Assembly: GCF_963921235.1 (NCBI RefSeq) | Contig: NC_086108.1 | Span: 39,372,001-39,436,000 of the forward strand | Length of the DNA: 64,000 nt | Direction of reading: 5' to 3' | Origin: Mobula hypostoma | Lineage: Eukaryota | In this document: piece after piece, positions 12,262 to 25,452 of the stretch | Layout: every line of letters begins with the position of its first letter | How positions within the stretch are numbered: position 1 is the stretch's first letter | Program-made: the position numbers and the translations under genes | Notes under the pieces: model-generated | What the model saw: only the letters and a program-made list of their open reading frames with translations | Databases searched by the model: none | What the model was told of the DNA's origin: nothing

Positions 12262-12532
12262 ATGGGTGCCATGACAGCATAGTGGTTAGCACAACGCTAT
12301 TACAGCTCAGAGCATTGGAGTTTAGAGTTCAATCCAAGAGTTGTCTGTACAGAGTTTATACTTTCTCCTTGTGAACATGTGGGTTTCATATGCATCCTCC
12401 CACAGTCCAGGTAGTAGGTTAATTGGTCATTGTAAATTATTCTGTGATTAAGCTGGAGTTAAATCGATGGGTTGGAGGGCAGCATGTTGCATCGTAAGGG
12501 CCTGTTCCACACTGTATCTCTAAATAAATAGA
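12262..12532 (+). mobile_element. tRNA-derived SINE (HE1/V-SINE-like) with CR1-type tail
   Basis: A box tagtggttagc, B box gagttcaatcc, core ctcccacagtcc..ggttaattggtcattgtaaatt, tail gggcctgttccacactgtatctctaaata. Confidence 0.75.
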
Positions 12533-12544
12533 TAGATATGGTAA

Positions 12545-13960
12545 AGAAAGGGAAAGGGTACTTAGGTACGCTGCACTTATTTGATTGAGATTGATCAATT
12601 AAGGCAGATGATTTCAGAACATAGATTAGCTCTGAGGACTGGGATGTTACAGGCATACAGAAACATGGCTGACAGAAGGGCAGGACTGGCTGTTCAATAT
12701 TCTATGTTGTAGATACTACAGGTGTGACGGAGGAACAGGTAAAGGAGGAGAGAAATGTAGCCTTTAAGGGAGGACTAAGAACAGCATATAAAGATGACAT
12801 TCCTGGGGGATTGTCTCGTGCGGCCATATGGGTTGAACTTAGAAACCAAAAGGGGAGGGTCATGCTAGTGGGGCTGTATCATAGACACTGCCCTAATGGT
12901 CAACAGGAAGTTCAGGAGAAATAGCACATGGTTGTAAGAATGATAGGGTTGTGCTAGTGGGAGATTTTAATTTCCCTGGGCAGCAGAGAACTGATTAAAT
13001 GGATCCAGAAAAGTTTCCTGAGTCAATGCATACAGGTCCTACTTTGGAGGGTGCAATACCAGACATCTTGAATAATTAGATGAGGCACAACGGGTAACTG
13101 AAGTGATAGTCAGGGAGCACTTTGGATCTAGTGACCATAATTCTGTTAGGTTTAAGACAATGATGGGAAAGGATAGGGCATGCTCATAGGTTAGGGACCT
13201 AATCTGGAGGAGGGCTAATTTTTGTGCGGAGTGGGCAGGATTCATTGAGTTTGTCTGTGTGACTGGCAAGTGGGAGGTTTAAGGGGAGGCTTTTAAGAAC
13301 CTGATATAAAAAATCCAGGAACAGCATGTTCCTGTTAGTGTGAAGGGTAAACTTAGGAAGTTTAGAGTATCATAAGAGATAATGAGGCTCTGGTTAAGAA
13401 CAAGGAAACATACTGTACATTGGGTTTCAGAGGTTGGGAATCCCATGATGACTATAAAATGATTAAGGATACTCTTAAGAAGATAATCAGGCACACAAAG
13501 GATATATGAGATGGATCTGGCAGGTAAGGTTAAGGCAAATTCCAAGTTCCATAGTTATATTAGACGTAAAAGGATGGCTAGGGTGAAAGTAGGTTCCCCT
13601 TAGGGATCAGCAGGGCTATGTATATCCTGAGCTACAGGACACGAGTGGGATTTTAATGAATATTTCTTCTCAGTGCTAACAGAGGAAGAAAATGGTGGTT
13701 GCTTGAAAGAAGACGAAACAAGTGGAAATATTTTGGCGGACATTCATAATTACCAGGGAAATATCTGCAGCTTTATAGCACATTAAAATGAATAAATCCC
13801 CAGGACCTCACTGAATACATCCATATTGTTTGTGAGAGGCTAGAGGGGAAGTTTTGGAGATTTTCAAGGAGATACTCGTTTCATCATTAGCACCAGATGA
13901 AATTCTTGAAGACTGGAAAGTAGCTAATGTTGTTTCATAGTTTAAGAAAGGTTTTTGACT
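12545..13960 (+). mobile_element. Degraded CR1 LINE ORF2 (endonuclease to start of RT)
   Basis: AIWVELRNQKGRVMLVGLY; gggagattttaattt (GDFN); tctagtgaccataat (SDHN); aataaatccccaggacc (KSPGP). Confidence 0.8.
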
Positions 13961-13961
13961 G

Positions 13962-14172
13962 CAGACTGCTGCAGTAATGCTGTGGAGGCCAAGTCTCCGG
14001 ATGCTTTCAAGAAAGGAATGGATAGAGCTCTTAAAGATAGTGGAATCAAAGATTATGGGGATAAGGCAGGAACTGGAGACTGATTGTGGATGATCAGCCA
14101 TGATCACAGTGAATGGCGGTGCTGGCTCAAAGGGCCGAATGGCCTACTCCTTCATCTATTGTCTATTGTCTA
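13962..14172 (+). mobile_element. CR1 3' end
   Basis: gatcagccatgatc..gggccgaatggcctactcct tail as at 25360-25452, ending ctattgtctattgtcta. Confidence 0.8.
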
Positions 14173-14364
14173 TAATATTCATGGACTCAGGGCTTGGACT
14201 ATATATATGTGCTTACTACCTTACATGTTCAAGATGGGCTTTGTGCTGCGTGTGACTGCTGGTACTGTGTTTTGTACCTTGGCTCTGGAGCAACACTGTT
14301 TCATTTGGCTGTATTTATGGGTATTCATGTATGGTTGAATGACAATTAAACCTGAAATTGAATT

Positions 14365-15700
14365 TCCCTGGTAATGCTCCTAACTTTTTCTGCATGACAT
14401 TAATGACTGCGTTGGTGCTGTTTCCCGTACCCATGCTGAGCTTATCAAATTCATCAACTTTGCCTGCAACTGCCACCCTACCCTCAAATTTACGTGGTCC
14501 GTCTTGGAGATCTCTCTGCCCTTTCATGATCTCTCTGTCCCCTTCTCTGGAGAAAGATTATCTGCTGATAAAACTACTGACTCACCCAGTTATCTTGGCT
14601 ATACCTCTTCCTACCCTGTCACTTGTAAAAATGCTGTTGCCTTTCCTCAGTTTCTCCATCTTTGCCACAGCTGTTCTCAGGACTAGACTTTCCATTCTAG
14701 AACATCTGAGATGTCCGCCTTCTTCAAAGAACAGGGTTTCCCTTCAACTACTATCAATTCTGCCCTCACCTGCATATCCTCCGTTTCCTGCACGTCTGCC
14801 ATCTTTGTGCCACGTAACAGAAGTAGATTTGCACTTGTCGTTTGCCATCACCCCCTACAATCCTGCATATCCAGCACATCATTGTCCGTGACTTCCCCTA
14901 TCTTCAATGGGATCTTGACAGTAAACATGTTCCCCCATTCCCCGATTTCCACTGGGATCATCCTCTATTTGCCTCCCTTGTCCACTTGACTCTCTCCACT
15001 GTTCTCCCTCTTGGTACTTAACCCTGCAAGTGGCCGTGGTGCTACTAAACCTCCTCCCCCAGCATCATTATGGCCCCAAACTGTCCTTCCATGTGAGGCA
15101 AAACTTAAACTGCAAACCTGTTGGGTTCATTTTCCAGATCCACTGCACCTAGTGCAGACTCCTCTACATCAGTGAGACCTGTCATAGAGCATCGTAGCCT
15201 CATTTCCTGGTGCCCCCCACCCCCATTTCAATTTGATTTCTCATTCCCATTCCAAAGTGTCACAATGAGGCCACTCTCAGGTTGAAAGAGCAACACCTTC
15301 TTCTCACTCTATCCAAGACCTCTACATTTGGCCTCCTATACTCTTCATTCATATTTAATGGAATCAATTGAGATTTAATACAATGTCAGATCATAACCAC
15401 TTCTATTTTTTGCATAAGGCACCAATAAGTAATTATGTTGACACTCCTGTTAACATCTGCTCTTGAAACATTTGTTTCTTGAACTGTTTCCCTTTTACTT
15501 TTCACTCTCAATCTTGTATTTAAAGTCTTTTTCACCCGATCACTACTTAGTCTTTCATTCCTCACCATTTTCCCAATCTTTTTGCCTGCTTAAGATCTGC
15601 TTTTTCTCCATTCTCTTCTCATTCTAAGGAAAGGTCATTGACCAGAAATACTATCCTTGCTTCTCTCTCTCCCCCACCCTCTGCTGAGTATTTCCTTCAG
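14365..15700 (+). mobile_element. Old Penelope fragment (RT C-terminus, GIY-YIG, decayed tail)
   Basis: YTSSYPVTCKNAVAFPQFLHL and MSAFFKEQGFPSTTINSAL match the 640-aa ORF at 45464-47386; decayed tail at ~15620-15700. Confidence 0.8.
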
Positions 15701-16148
15701 AATTGAATTGACTTTATTACTTACAACCTTCATATACACAAGGAGTAATATTATGTTATGTCTCTGTTCAAATGTGTGATGTACAATTACAGTAAATTAT
15801 AATAAATATTATGTACAACATGGTAGTCAATATAACATAGAAATACAGCTGTGTCAGCATGAATTAAGCAGTCTGATGGCCTGGTGGAAGAAGCTATCCC
15901 AGAGCCTATTGGTCCTGGCTTTTATGCTGCTGTACCATTTCCTGGATGGTAGCAGCTGGAACAGTTTGTGGTTGGGGTGACTCAGGTCTCCAATCATCCT
16001 TCAGGTCTTTTTTACACACCTGTCCTTGTAAATGTCCTGAATAGTGGGAAGTTCACAACTACAGATGCGCTGGGCTGTCTGCACTACTCTCTGCAGGGTC
16101 CTGCGATTGAGGGAAGTAAAGTTCCCATACCAGGCAGTAATGCAGTCA

Positions 16149-16713
16149 ACACACATCAAAGTTGCTGGTGAACGCAGCAGGCCAAGCAGCATCTGTAGGA
16201 AGAGGTGCAGTCGGCGTTTCAGGCCGAGACCCTTCGTCAGGACTAACTGAAGGAAGAGTGAGTAAGGGATTTGAAAGTTAGAGGGGGAGGGGGAGGGGGA
16301 GATCCAAAATGATAGGAGAAGACAGGAGGGGGAAGGATAGAGCCAAGAGCTGGACAGGTGATAGGCAAAAGGGGATACAAGAGGATCATGGGACAGGAGG
16401 TCTGGGAAGAAAGACAAGGGGGGGGGACCCAGAGGATGGGCAAGAGGGTATATTCAGAGGGACAGAGGGAGAAAAAGGAGAGTGAGAGAAAGAATGTGTG
16501 CATAAAAAGATGGGGTACGAGGGGGAGGTGGGGCCTTAGCGGAAGTTAGAGAAGTCGATGTTCATGCCATCAGGTTGGAGGCTACCCAGACAGAATATAA
16601 GGTGTTGTTCCTCCAACCTGAGTGTGGCTTCATCTTTACAGTAGAGGAGGACGTGGATAGACATGTCAGAATGGGAATGGGATGTGGAATTAAAATGTGT
16701 GGCCACTGGGAGA
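16149..16713 (-). mobile_element. 5'-truncated young Penelope pseudo-LTR copy with 11-bp TSD
   Basis: Near-identical to ~44750-45320; TSD taatgcagtca at 16138-16148 and 16714-16724. Confidence 0.92.
16209..16244 (-). ncRNA. Minimal hammerhead ribozyme with cleavage triplet mutated GUC>GCC
   Basis: Minus strand reads AGUC CUGACGA AGG gucucgg CCU GAAA CGCC GACU. Confidence 0.75.
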
Positions 16714-18464
16714 TAATGCAGTCAGTCAGAATGTGCTCAATCATACCCCTACAGAAAGTTCTTTGAATTTGGAGGGCCATACCAAACTTCTTCAACCATC
16801 TGAGGTGAAAGAGGTGCTGTTGTGCCTTTTTCACCACACAGCCAGTATGTGCAGACCACGTGAGGTCTTCGGTGATGCTTATGCCAAGGAACTTAAAAGC
16901 TGTTCACCCTTTCAACCCCAGATCCATTGATGTCTATAGGGGTTAGCCTGTCTCCATTCTTCCCGTAGTCCACAACCAGCTCCTTTGTTTTTGCGACGTT
17001 GAGGGAGAGGTCATTTTCTTGACTGTGTCAGGGTAATGACTTCTTTGCTGTAGGCTGCTTCATTATTATTTGAGATTAGGCCAATCAGGGTAGTGTCATC
17101 AGCAAATTTAATTAGCAGATTGAAGCTATGGGTGGCGACACAGTTATAGGTATTCAGAGAGTAAGGGAGGGAGCATAATACACAGCCCTGAGGGCTGTTC
17201 ATTTCCTGTATTTTTAAAATCATCTGATACATAACTACAAGGTGTGGAAATGCTTGTTGTATTGGAGAGGTGACTTAACATGCAAGACATGATACTGAAA
17301 TGAGTACATGTTTTTGCTCATGGCCAGGTGGTACCAAGCAATGACACCACCACATTGCTCACACATCAGCTTTTCTTCCGCTGCCTTCAATTTCCAAATC
17401 CAGCTGCACTGCTCAACAAAGATGGCAAACCTTTGTATTGAAGGAATCTCTTTGCCAAAAAAGACACATCATTTATTTGTGGGATTTGGAAAGGAGTTGA
17501 AATCTCTCTCCAATTTCTGCAGCCTCTCAAAGTCTCATAACTTAGCCAAGGAACTTTACAAAACTGAAAAGTCACATGGGAGAATTTTTATTGTAGTATT
17601 GGATAGCCATGAATATCCATATCAGATTTTTATCAGAACTGGTGCTCCATCTAACCCTGCCATTCTCAAATAAAAATTGGTGAAAGGGAAGTGTTTTTTT
17701 CCAACTTCTTTAATTAATTAAGATGCTGTCAGCTGATAATCAGCACAGCTGGGACTACTGAACACTTTATTCTGAGGCTTTCCTGTTTCGTCACAACTAT
17801 TTCTGGTAGATTACTGTGTGAACTAAATTTAAATTGAAGATAATCTTCAATGCAGCATAATGTGAGGTTATTGTGACAATGTTCACCAAGTTATAGACAT
17901 CCAGTTTTGTGTTCAATGATTAGTCTGTGCTGACTGCTGAGTGGGTTGGCACAACTGACACCCAATTTAAACAAACTACCCAACAGGAATGGGTTGGGTT
18001 CAGATTAGACATCATGTTACACCCTAATAGACAATCTTATTTAATGTTGTTGACATGTATGATGGTCACCTGACTTGAACCACAGTTTAGTTTTGCTTAC
18101 CACAGTCTTAGAGATGAATATCAGAGGCTGCAGGTACGAATGTGGCAACCTGGACAGTGATTTTCAAATGAAAATGTATCAGGTACTCAGAAACATTTGT
18201 ATTTTCTGCACACCTAAGCTACTGCCTACCAGCTCCTGAATTGGGCTACCTGCTGGAGGAATTGTCAAATTTCATGAGAGGCAGGTTATGAGTAGATGGT
18301 GACAACAGACAATCCAGCACGTTTGCTTTCTTAAGGGACTGCAACAGGACTTGTATAGAACTGCACAGGAAGAGACCTTTGGCCTGTAATGAAGGAACCA
18401 GCCATGATAATCAAATAATCCTCTCAGCCTGCACAAGGTCCATTTCTCTCTGTTCCCTGCCTGT

Positions 18465-20110
18465 AAGATCATAACACATAGGCATATAATTAGTGATTCA
18501 GACCATCGAGTCTGCTTCACAAGTCCATCATGAATGATCTATTATCCCTCTCAACTGCATTCTCCTACCTTCTCCCCATAACCTTTCATGTCGTTACTAA
18601 TCAAGAAGCTATTAACCTCTGCTTTAAATATGCCTAATGACATGGCCTCCCCAGCCTTCTGTGGCAAAGAATTCCACAGATTCACCACCCTCTTGCTAAA
18701 GAAATTCCTCCTCATCTGTTCTAGAGGGAGGTCCTTGTGCTCTGGGAGTGTGCTGTCTCGTTGGAGACACCAGCATAATAAGAAATACTCCCTCCCTGTC
18801 CACACCATCTAGGCCTTTCAATATAGTTTTCAAAGAGATACCCTTCATTCTTCAAACACCTGCAAGTACATGGCCAAAGCCATTAAATGCTTCTCATATG
18901 TTAACCCTTTCATTCCCAGAATATTTCTTCTGAACCTCCAATGGACCTTCTCCAATGCCAGCTCATCCCTTCTTAGATAAGGGGGCCAAAACTACTCACA
19001 ATATTCAGTGTGGTCTGACAAATGCCTAATAAAGCCTTATTAAATCCTTGATTTTATATTCTGGTGCTCTTGAAATGATCACTAACATTGCATTTGCTTC
19101 CTATATCCGACTCATCCTGCAAATTAACCTTTGGAGTATCCTGCACGAGGACTCCCAAGCCCCTTTGCATCTCTGATTTCTGAATTTGCTTCCTGCTTAG
19201 AAAATAGATTATGGCTTCATTCCTTCTACCAAAGTGCATGACCATATACTTCCCCACACTGTATTCTATTTGCCACTTCTTTGCCCATCCTCCTAATCTG
19301 TCTAAACCCTTGTTCAAACTCCTCAACACTACCTGCCACTCCAGGTGTTCTGTATAATCTGTGAACCTGGCCACACAGTTATCAATTCCATCATCCAAAA
19401 CTTTGACCTATAATGTGAGAAGAAGCAACCAACTCCTGCGAAACACCACCAGTCATTGGCGGCCAACCAGAAATGACTCACTTTATTTCCACTCTTTGCC
19501 TCCTGCCAATCAGCTAATCTTAATGCTGGTATCTTTCCTTAATACCATGGGCTTTTATCTTGTTTAGTAGACTCATGTGACGCATCTTGTCAAAGGCCTT
19601 CTGGAAACCCAAGTAAGCCATCAATTTTCCTTTGTCTATCCTGCCTGTTACTTCCTGAAAGAATTCCAACAGATGTTTCAGGCAAGATTTTCTCCTTAAA
19701 GAAATAATGCTGACTTCAGCCTATTTTATTATGTTCCTCTAAGTACCCTGAATCCTCATCATTAATAAAGGACTCCAAAATCTTCCCAAACACTGAAGTC
19801 AGACTAACTGGCTGAAAAATTGCTGTCTTTTATCACCCTTTCTTCTTGAAGAATGGAATAAAAGATATAATTTTCCAGTCCTCCAGAATCATTCCAAATT
19901 CTAGTGACTCTTGAAAGATCACTACTAATGCCTCCACAATCTCATCAGCTACCCCTTTCAGAACCCTGGGGTGTAGTCCACCTAGTCCAGGTGACTTATC
20001 TAACTTCTCCTTAGCAATAGCAACTATACCCACTTCTGCCCCTGACACTTTCAAATTTCTGACATTCTGCCAGTGTCTTCCAGAGTGAAGACTGACACAA
20101 ATCTGGCTGC
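18465..20110 (-). mobile_element. Degraded CR1 LINE (RT to 3' end)
   Basis: DKSPGLGGLHPRVLK, WAKKWQIEYSVGK, RRNFFSKRVVNLWNSLP. Confidence 0.85.
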
Positions 20111-20364
20111 TGTTTGGAAGCCTTATACAACTATCATCAGAGTCTTTTTACCCTTGATTTCCTTAACTCTGTCCACAAGGATTCGATATCTTCTGACCCC
20201 ATGTGGATTTGATTTTATTTGTTACGAACAGAGCCACCCCATCCACTCTGAAGACCTGGTTCTTTGGCTATTCATGTCTGTTCAAGTGCTTCTTAAATAT
20301 TTCTATTGTATCTGCTTCTACTACTTCCCCTGGCAGTGGGGTCCAGGCCCCTACACAACAACAG

Positions 20365-20857
20365 CCTCTCACTCATCATCAGCAAAACCAAAGAGCAGAT
20401 TATTGACTACAGGAAGAAGAAACCTCAATAGGGGTTCAGAGGTGGAGAGGGTCAGTAACTAGAAACTCTTTGGCTTTATCATAAAATCTAAACTGGGACC
20501 TGCACCTAAATGCCATTACAAAGAAAGCATGGCTGTGGAAGTTTCCACAGATTCTGAATGTCACCCAAAGCTTTGACAAATTTCTATAGATGCACAGTGG
20601 AGAATATCCTAATTGGTTGCAGCACGGCCTGATATGGAAGCACCAATGCCGAAGAATGGGAAAAGCCTATACAAAATAGTGGATGCAGCCCAATCCATTA
20701 CAGGAAAAGCACTTCCCACCATTGAGCACATCTCAAGGAGAGCTGCCACAAGAAAGCAGCATTCATCATCAAGGCCATGTTCTCTTCTTACTGCTGCCAA
20801 AAGGAAGAAGGTATAGGATCCACCAGGTTCAGGTATAATTATTACCCTTCTACCATC
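20365..20857 (+). mobile_element. Rex1/Babar-like LINE fragment
   Basis: GSEVERVSN, KIVDAAQSITGKALPTIEHI; inverted relative to the adjacent copy. Confidence 0.75.
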
Positions 20858-22595
20858 AAAGTTCAAAGTTAACTTTATTATCAAAGTACTTATATGTCAC
20901 CATATACAACCTTGAGGTTCATTTTCTTGTGGGCATACTGACCAAATCTATAGAATAGTAATACAACAGGATCAATGAAAGATCAACCAGAGTGCAGAAA
21001 ACAACAAACTGTGCAAATACAAATGTAAATAAATAGCAGTAAATAACTAGAATATGAAGTACTGAGATAAAGAGTCCTGAAAGTGAGATCATTGCCGGTA
21101 GGAACATAACAATGATAGATGTGAGTGTGGTTATCCCCTTTTCTTCAAGAGCCTGATGGGTGAGGGGTAGTAACTGTGCTGGAACCTGGTGGTGTGAGTC
21201 CTGAGGCTCTTGTAGCTTCTACCTGATTTTAGCAGTGAGAAGAGACCTGGGTGGCGGGGATCTCTGATGATGGATGCTACTTTCCTATGACAACGTTTCA
21301 GGTAGATATGCTCAATGGTTGGGAGGGCTTTACCTGTGATATACTGGGTTGAATTCACGACCTTTTGTAGGATTTCCTGTTCAAAGGCACTGGTGTTTTT
21401 GTACCAGGCTATGATGCAGCCAGTCAATATATTCTCCACTGCACAGTTATAAAAGTTTGTCAAAGTTTTAGATGTGATGCCAAATCTCTGCAGATCCCTT
21501 AAGGAAATAGAGGTACTGCCATGCTTTCATCACAATCGCACTTACTCGTTGGGTCCAGGACAGGTCCTCTGAAATAGTAATACTCAGGAATCTAAAGTTA
21601 CTGACCCTCTCCGTCTCTGATCCTCCGATGAGGACTGGCTCATGGACCTCTGGTTTCCCTCTCTTGAAGTCTATCATCAGTTCCTTGGTCTTGCTGACAT
21701 TGAGTGAGAGGTTGCTGTTATGACACCAGTCAGCCAGATTCTCAGTCTCCCTCCTGTATGCTGTTTCTTCACTCCTTTGATGCGGCCCACAACAGCAAAC
21801 TTGAGTGTGGTGCTGGAGCTGAACGTGGCCACACAGTTACAGGTGTAAAGCGAGTAGAGCAGGGGGCTAAGCACACTGTCCTGTGGTGCACATGTACTGA
21901 TGGAGATCATGGAGGAGATGCTGCCAATCTGAATTGACTGAGGTCTATAATTAAGGAAATTCAGGATCCAATTGCATAAGGAGGTGCATTAGTTTTGAGG
22001 GGGTGATGGTATTGAATGCTGAGCTGTAGTCAATAAAGAGCATCCTGATGTATGCATCTTTGCTGTCCAGATGTTCCAGGATTGAGTGAAGAACCAATTA
22101 TATGGCTTCTGTGGACCTGATGCTCTGGTAGGCAAATTGGAGCGGATCCAAGTCACCTCTTGAGCAGGAACTGATATGTTTCATCATCAACCTCTCAAAA
22201 CACTTCATCACTGTGGATGTAGGTGCAACTGGTGATAGTCATTGAGGCAGACCATCATGCCCTGCTTGAAGCAGGTGTGCACCCAACAATGCTGAGGTGA
22301 GGTTAAAGACACCAGCCAGTTGGTCAGCACAGGCTTTAGTATGTGGCCAGTGACCCCGTCCAGTATAGATGCTTTCCATTGGTTCACCATCCTGAAGGCA
22401 GCCCACACATCAGCTTCAGAGACTTCAACCATAGGATCATCAGGGGATGTGGGGGTTCGCGATGGTTTCTCAATGTTCTGATGGTCAAAGCAAGCATAGA
22501 AGGCATTGAGCTCATCTGGAAGCGAAGGCCTGCTGCCTCCCATGTTGCTTGATTTAACTTTGCAGGAGGTGATAGCATTCAAGCCCTGCCACACC
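20858..22595 (-). mobile_element. Rex1/Babar-like LINE (RT to 3' tail)
   Basis: WQGLNAIT..LPDELNAFYA, APQDSVLSPLLYSLYT, VENILTGCIIAWY..TTRFQHSYYP. Confidence 0.85.
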
Positions 22596-22599
22596 TGTC

Positions 22600-23647
22600 A
22601 AGAATCCCTCCTCTGGAGGGAGAAGGGTCTAGTTTCTATTGAAGACCTGTACATAGAGGGACGGTTTGCAACATTTAGTCTGCTGAAAGAGAAATTTCAG
22701 CTGCCCCATTCGCACTTTTATCGTTACTTACAAATTAGACACTACATTCAATCTTTGTAATTTTGAAATCCTTCCAGGGAAACATATTTTTTGATATTTT
22801 AAAGAACCCTCCTGACTCCAGGCAACTCATTTCTAAGTTTGTACGTTTGTTTGATGATTGCACTGTAGAGTCTACTGTGAAGATTAGAGACGCCTGGAGA
22901 GAGGAGTTGGGCATTGAATTATCTGAAGCTGCCTGGGACAAGTGTTTGCTCTGTGAACAGCGGGCACCAACTGATCCAGTTTAAAGTTGTCCACCATCTC
23001 CACTACTCTAAACTTAAATTGCACGGGATTTACCCTTCTGTCTCGCCAATGTGTGCAAGATACCAAGGGTGGAGACCTCGTTGTCACACACCTTTTGGTT
23101 TTGCCCATTACTGACTGGATTTCGGTCCAAAATATGCGACTGGTACTCAAAGGCCTATAAAAGATCCTTCCCCTTGGAAGCTGGTCTCGCCATATTTCAC
23201 TGCTCGCAATCTACTATTTGTTTCCCTGCAGCCATACAACAGTCTCTGATGCTGGGGATGATTGTCGCCGAAATACTTACCTTGAAGGAATGGAAATCAC
23301 CCTCTCCCCCTTCCTTTCGGAAATGGATGGCTGATACGATCTTTGTCATACAGATGGAGAAACTTAGGTTCTTGAGAACCAATTCAATTAAAAAATTTTC
23401 GGCTATCTGGGATCCATTCCTTGCCTGCCTGGACGAGGCCGGGGGCAGATGAGCAATTTCCCCCCACGGCCCTCATTTGAGATTTAATGTTTAGTATTTT
23501 TGAGCACTTTGTACAATAGGCATCCCTCTAATGTTATGTTCCTTTTTTTTTGCCTATTTCATTTTTACAAATGTCTGAGCTGGTATGTTTTTGTTGATTT
23601 CATTGTTTTTTTTTGAAAATTTTGAAAATAAAGTATTAAAAAAAAAA
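22600..23647 (+). mobile_element. L1-clade LINE 3' end with poly(A)
   Basis: FYRYLQIRHY, LIQFKVVHHLHYS, knuckle remnant CARY..SLSHTFWFCP, ILTLKEWKS..FSAIWDPF; AATAAA at 23627 then A-tract 23638-23647. Confidence 0.85.
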
Positions 23648-23669
23648 GAACCCCTCATTGATTCATTGA

Positions 23670-24355
23670 TCAAGGATAATTGCCAGGATAATCAAGGACA
23701 CGACCCACCCAGCCAACACACTTTTCGTCCCTCTTCCCTCCAGGAGAAGGCTCAGGAGCTTGAAGACTTGTACGGCCAGATTTGGGAACAGTGTCTTTCC
23801 AACTGTGATCAGACTGCTGAACGGATCCTGACCCAGATCTGGGCTGTACCCTCCAAATATCCGGACCTGCCTTTCGGTTTTTTTGCACTACCTTACTTTC
23901 CATTTTTCTATTTTCTGATTAAGATTTATAATTTAAATTTTTAATATTTACTGTCAATTTATAATCCAGGAAGCGGGAAGCGCAGAATCAAATATCACTG
24001 TGATGATTGTACATTCTAGTATCAATTGTTTGGTGACAATAAAGTATAAAGTATGAAGTATCAAGGTTCCTAAACCAGCTTGGATAACTTTGCTCACCAC
24101 ACACCGAACTGACTCCACAACATATGGATTTATTTTGAAGAAACCTGCCCCCTCATGTTCTTGGTATAATATAAGTACTTATTTATTATTTTCCTTTGTC
24201 TTTTTATTTGTATTTGTAGTTTGTCACCTTTTCCACAGTGGTTGTTTCAGCCTTTGTAGTTTTTCAATGTTTTTATTGTATTTCTTTGTTCTACTGTAAA
24301 TGCCTGCAAGATAATTAATTAATTAATTAATCTCATGAAAATAAGTATAATAATA
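23670..24355 (+). mobile_element. Two consecutive Rex1/Babar-like 3' ends
   Basis: gacccacccagccaacacacttt..tttccaactgtgatcagactgctgaa, tail gacaataaagtataaagtat; second tail 24060-24355. Confidence 0.65.
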
Positions 24356-24359
24356 ATAC

Positions 24360-25452
24360 TTAAAATAATAAGCAAAGAGTGGGAATAAACGGGACCTTTT
24401 CAGAATGGCAGGCGGTGACTAGTGGGGTACCGCAAGGCTCAGTGCTGGGACCCCAGTTGTTTACAATATATATTAATGACTTGGATGAGGGAATTAAATG
24501 CAGCATCTCCAAGTTTGTGGATGACACAAAGCTGGGTGGCAGTGTTAGCTGTGAGGAGGATGCTAAGAGGATGCAGGGCGACTTGGATAGGTTGGGTGAG
24601 TGGGCAAACTCATGGCAGATGCAATTTAATGTGGATAAATGTGAAGTTATCCACTTTGGTGGCAAAAATAGGAAAACAGATTATTATCTGAATGGTGGCC
24701 GATTAGGAAAAGGGGAGGTGCAACGAGACCTGGGTGTCATTATACACCAGTCATTGAAAGTGGGCATGCAGGTACAGCAGGCGGTGAAAAAGGCGAATGG
24801 TATGCTAGCATTTATAGCGAGAGGATTCGAGTACAGGAGCAGGGAGGTACTACTACAGTTGTACAAGGCCTTGGTGAGACCACACCTGGAGTATTGTGTG
24901 CAGTTTTGGTCCCCTAATCTGAGGAAAGACATCTTTGCCATAGAGGGAGTACAAAGAAGGTTCACCAGATTGATTCCTGGGATGGCAGGACTTTCATATG
25001 AAGAAAGACTGGATGAACTGGGCTTGTACTCGTTGGAATTTAGAAGATTGAGGGGGGATCTGATTGAAACGTATAAGATCCTAAAGGGATTGGACAGGCT
25101 AGATGCAGGAAGATTGTTCCCGATGTTGGGGAAGTCCAGAACGAGGGGTCACAGTTTGAGGATAGAGGGGAAGCCTTTTAGGACCGAGATTAGGAAAAAC
25201 TTCTTCACACAGAGAGTGGTGAATCTGTGGAATTCTCTGCCACAGCAAACTGTTGAGGCCAGTTCATTGGCTATGTTTAAGAGGGAGTTAGATATGGCCC
25301 TTGTGGCTACAGGGGTCAGGGGGTATGGAGGGAAGGCTGGGGTGGGGTTCTGAGTTGGATGATCAGCCATGATCATAATAAATGGCAGTGCAGGCTCGAA
25401 GGGCCGAATGGCCTACTCCTGCACCTATTTTCTATATTTCTATGTTTCTATA
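24360..25452 (+). mobile_element. Young 5'-truncated CR1 LINE
   Basis: Uninterrupted RT C-terminal ORF plus 3' UTR ending in ttctatatttctatgtttcta repeats. Confidence 0.93.
24379..25353 (+). CDS. CR1 ORF2 C-terminal part (RT), 5'-truncated, probably not expressed as protein
   Basis: VTSGVPQGSVLGPQLFTIYIND, KFVDDTK (FADD), LVRPHLEYCVQFW, FFTQRVVNLWNSLP; 324 codons without a stop. Confidence 0.8.
   Translation: MGINGTFSEWQAVTSGVPQGSVLGPQLFTIYINDLDEGIKCSISKFVDDTKLGGSVSCEEDAKRMQGDLDRLGEWANSWQMQFNVDKCEVIHFGGKNRKTDYYLNGGRLGKGEVQRDLGVIIHQSLKVGMQVQQAVKKANGMLAFIARGFEYRSREVLLQLYKALVRPHLEYCVQFWSPNLRKDIFAIEGVQRRFTRLIPGMAGLSYEERLDELGLYSLEFRRLRGDLIETYKILKGLDRLDAGRLFPMLGKSRTRGHSLRIEGKPFRTEIRKNFFTQRVVNLWNSLPQQTVEASSLAMFKRELDMALVATGVRGYGGKAGVGF

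Larger units (their letters stand above)
15700..17198 (-). mobile_element. Rex1/Babar-like LINE 3' fragment, split by a Penelope insertion
   Basis: PQGCVLCSLPYSLNT, LLIKFADDTTLIGLISNN, KKAQQHLFHLRWLKKFG, DCITAWYGN. Confidence 0.8.
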
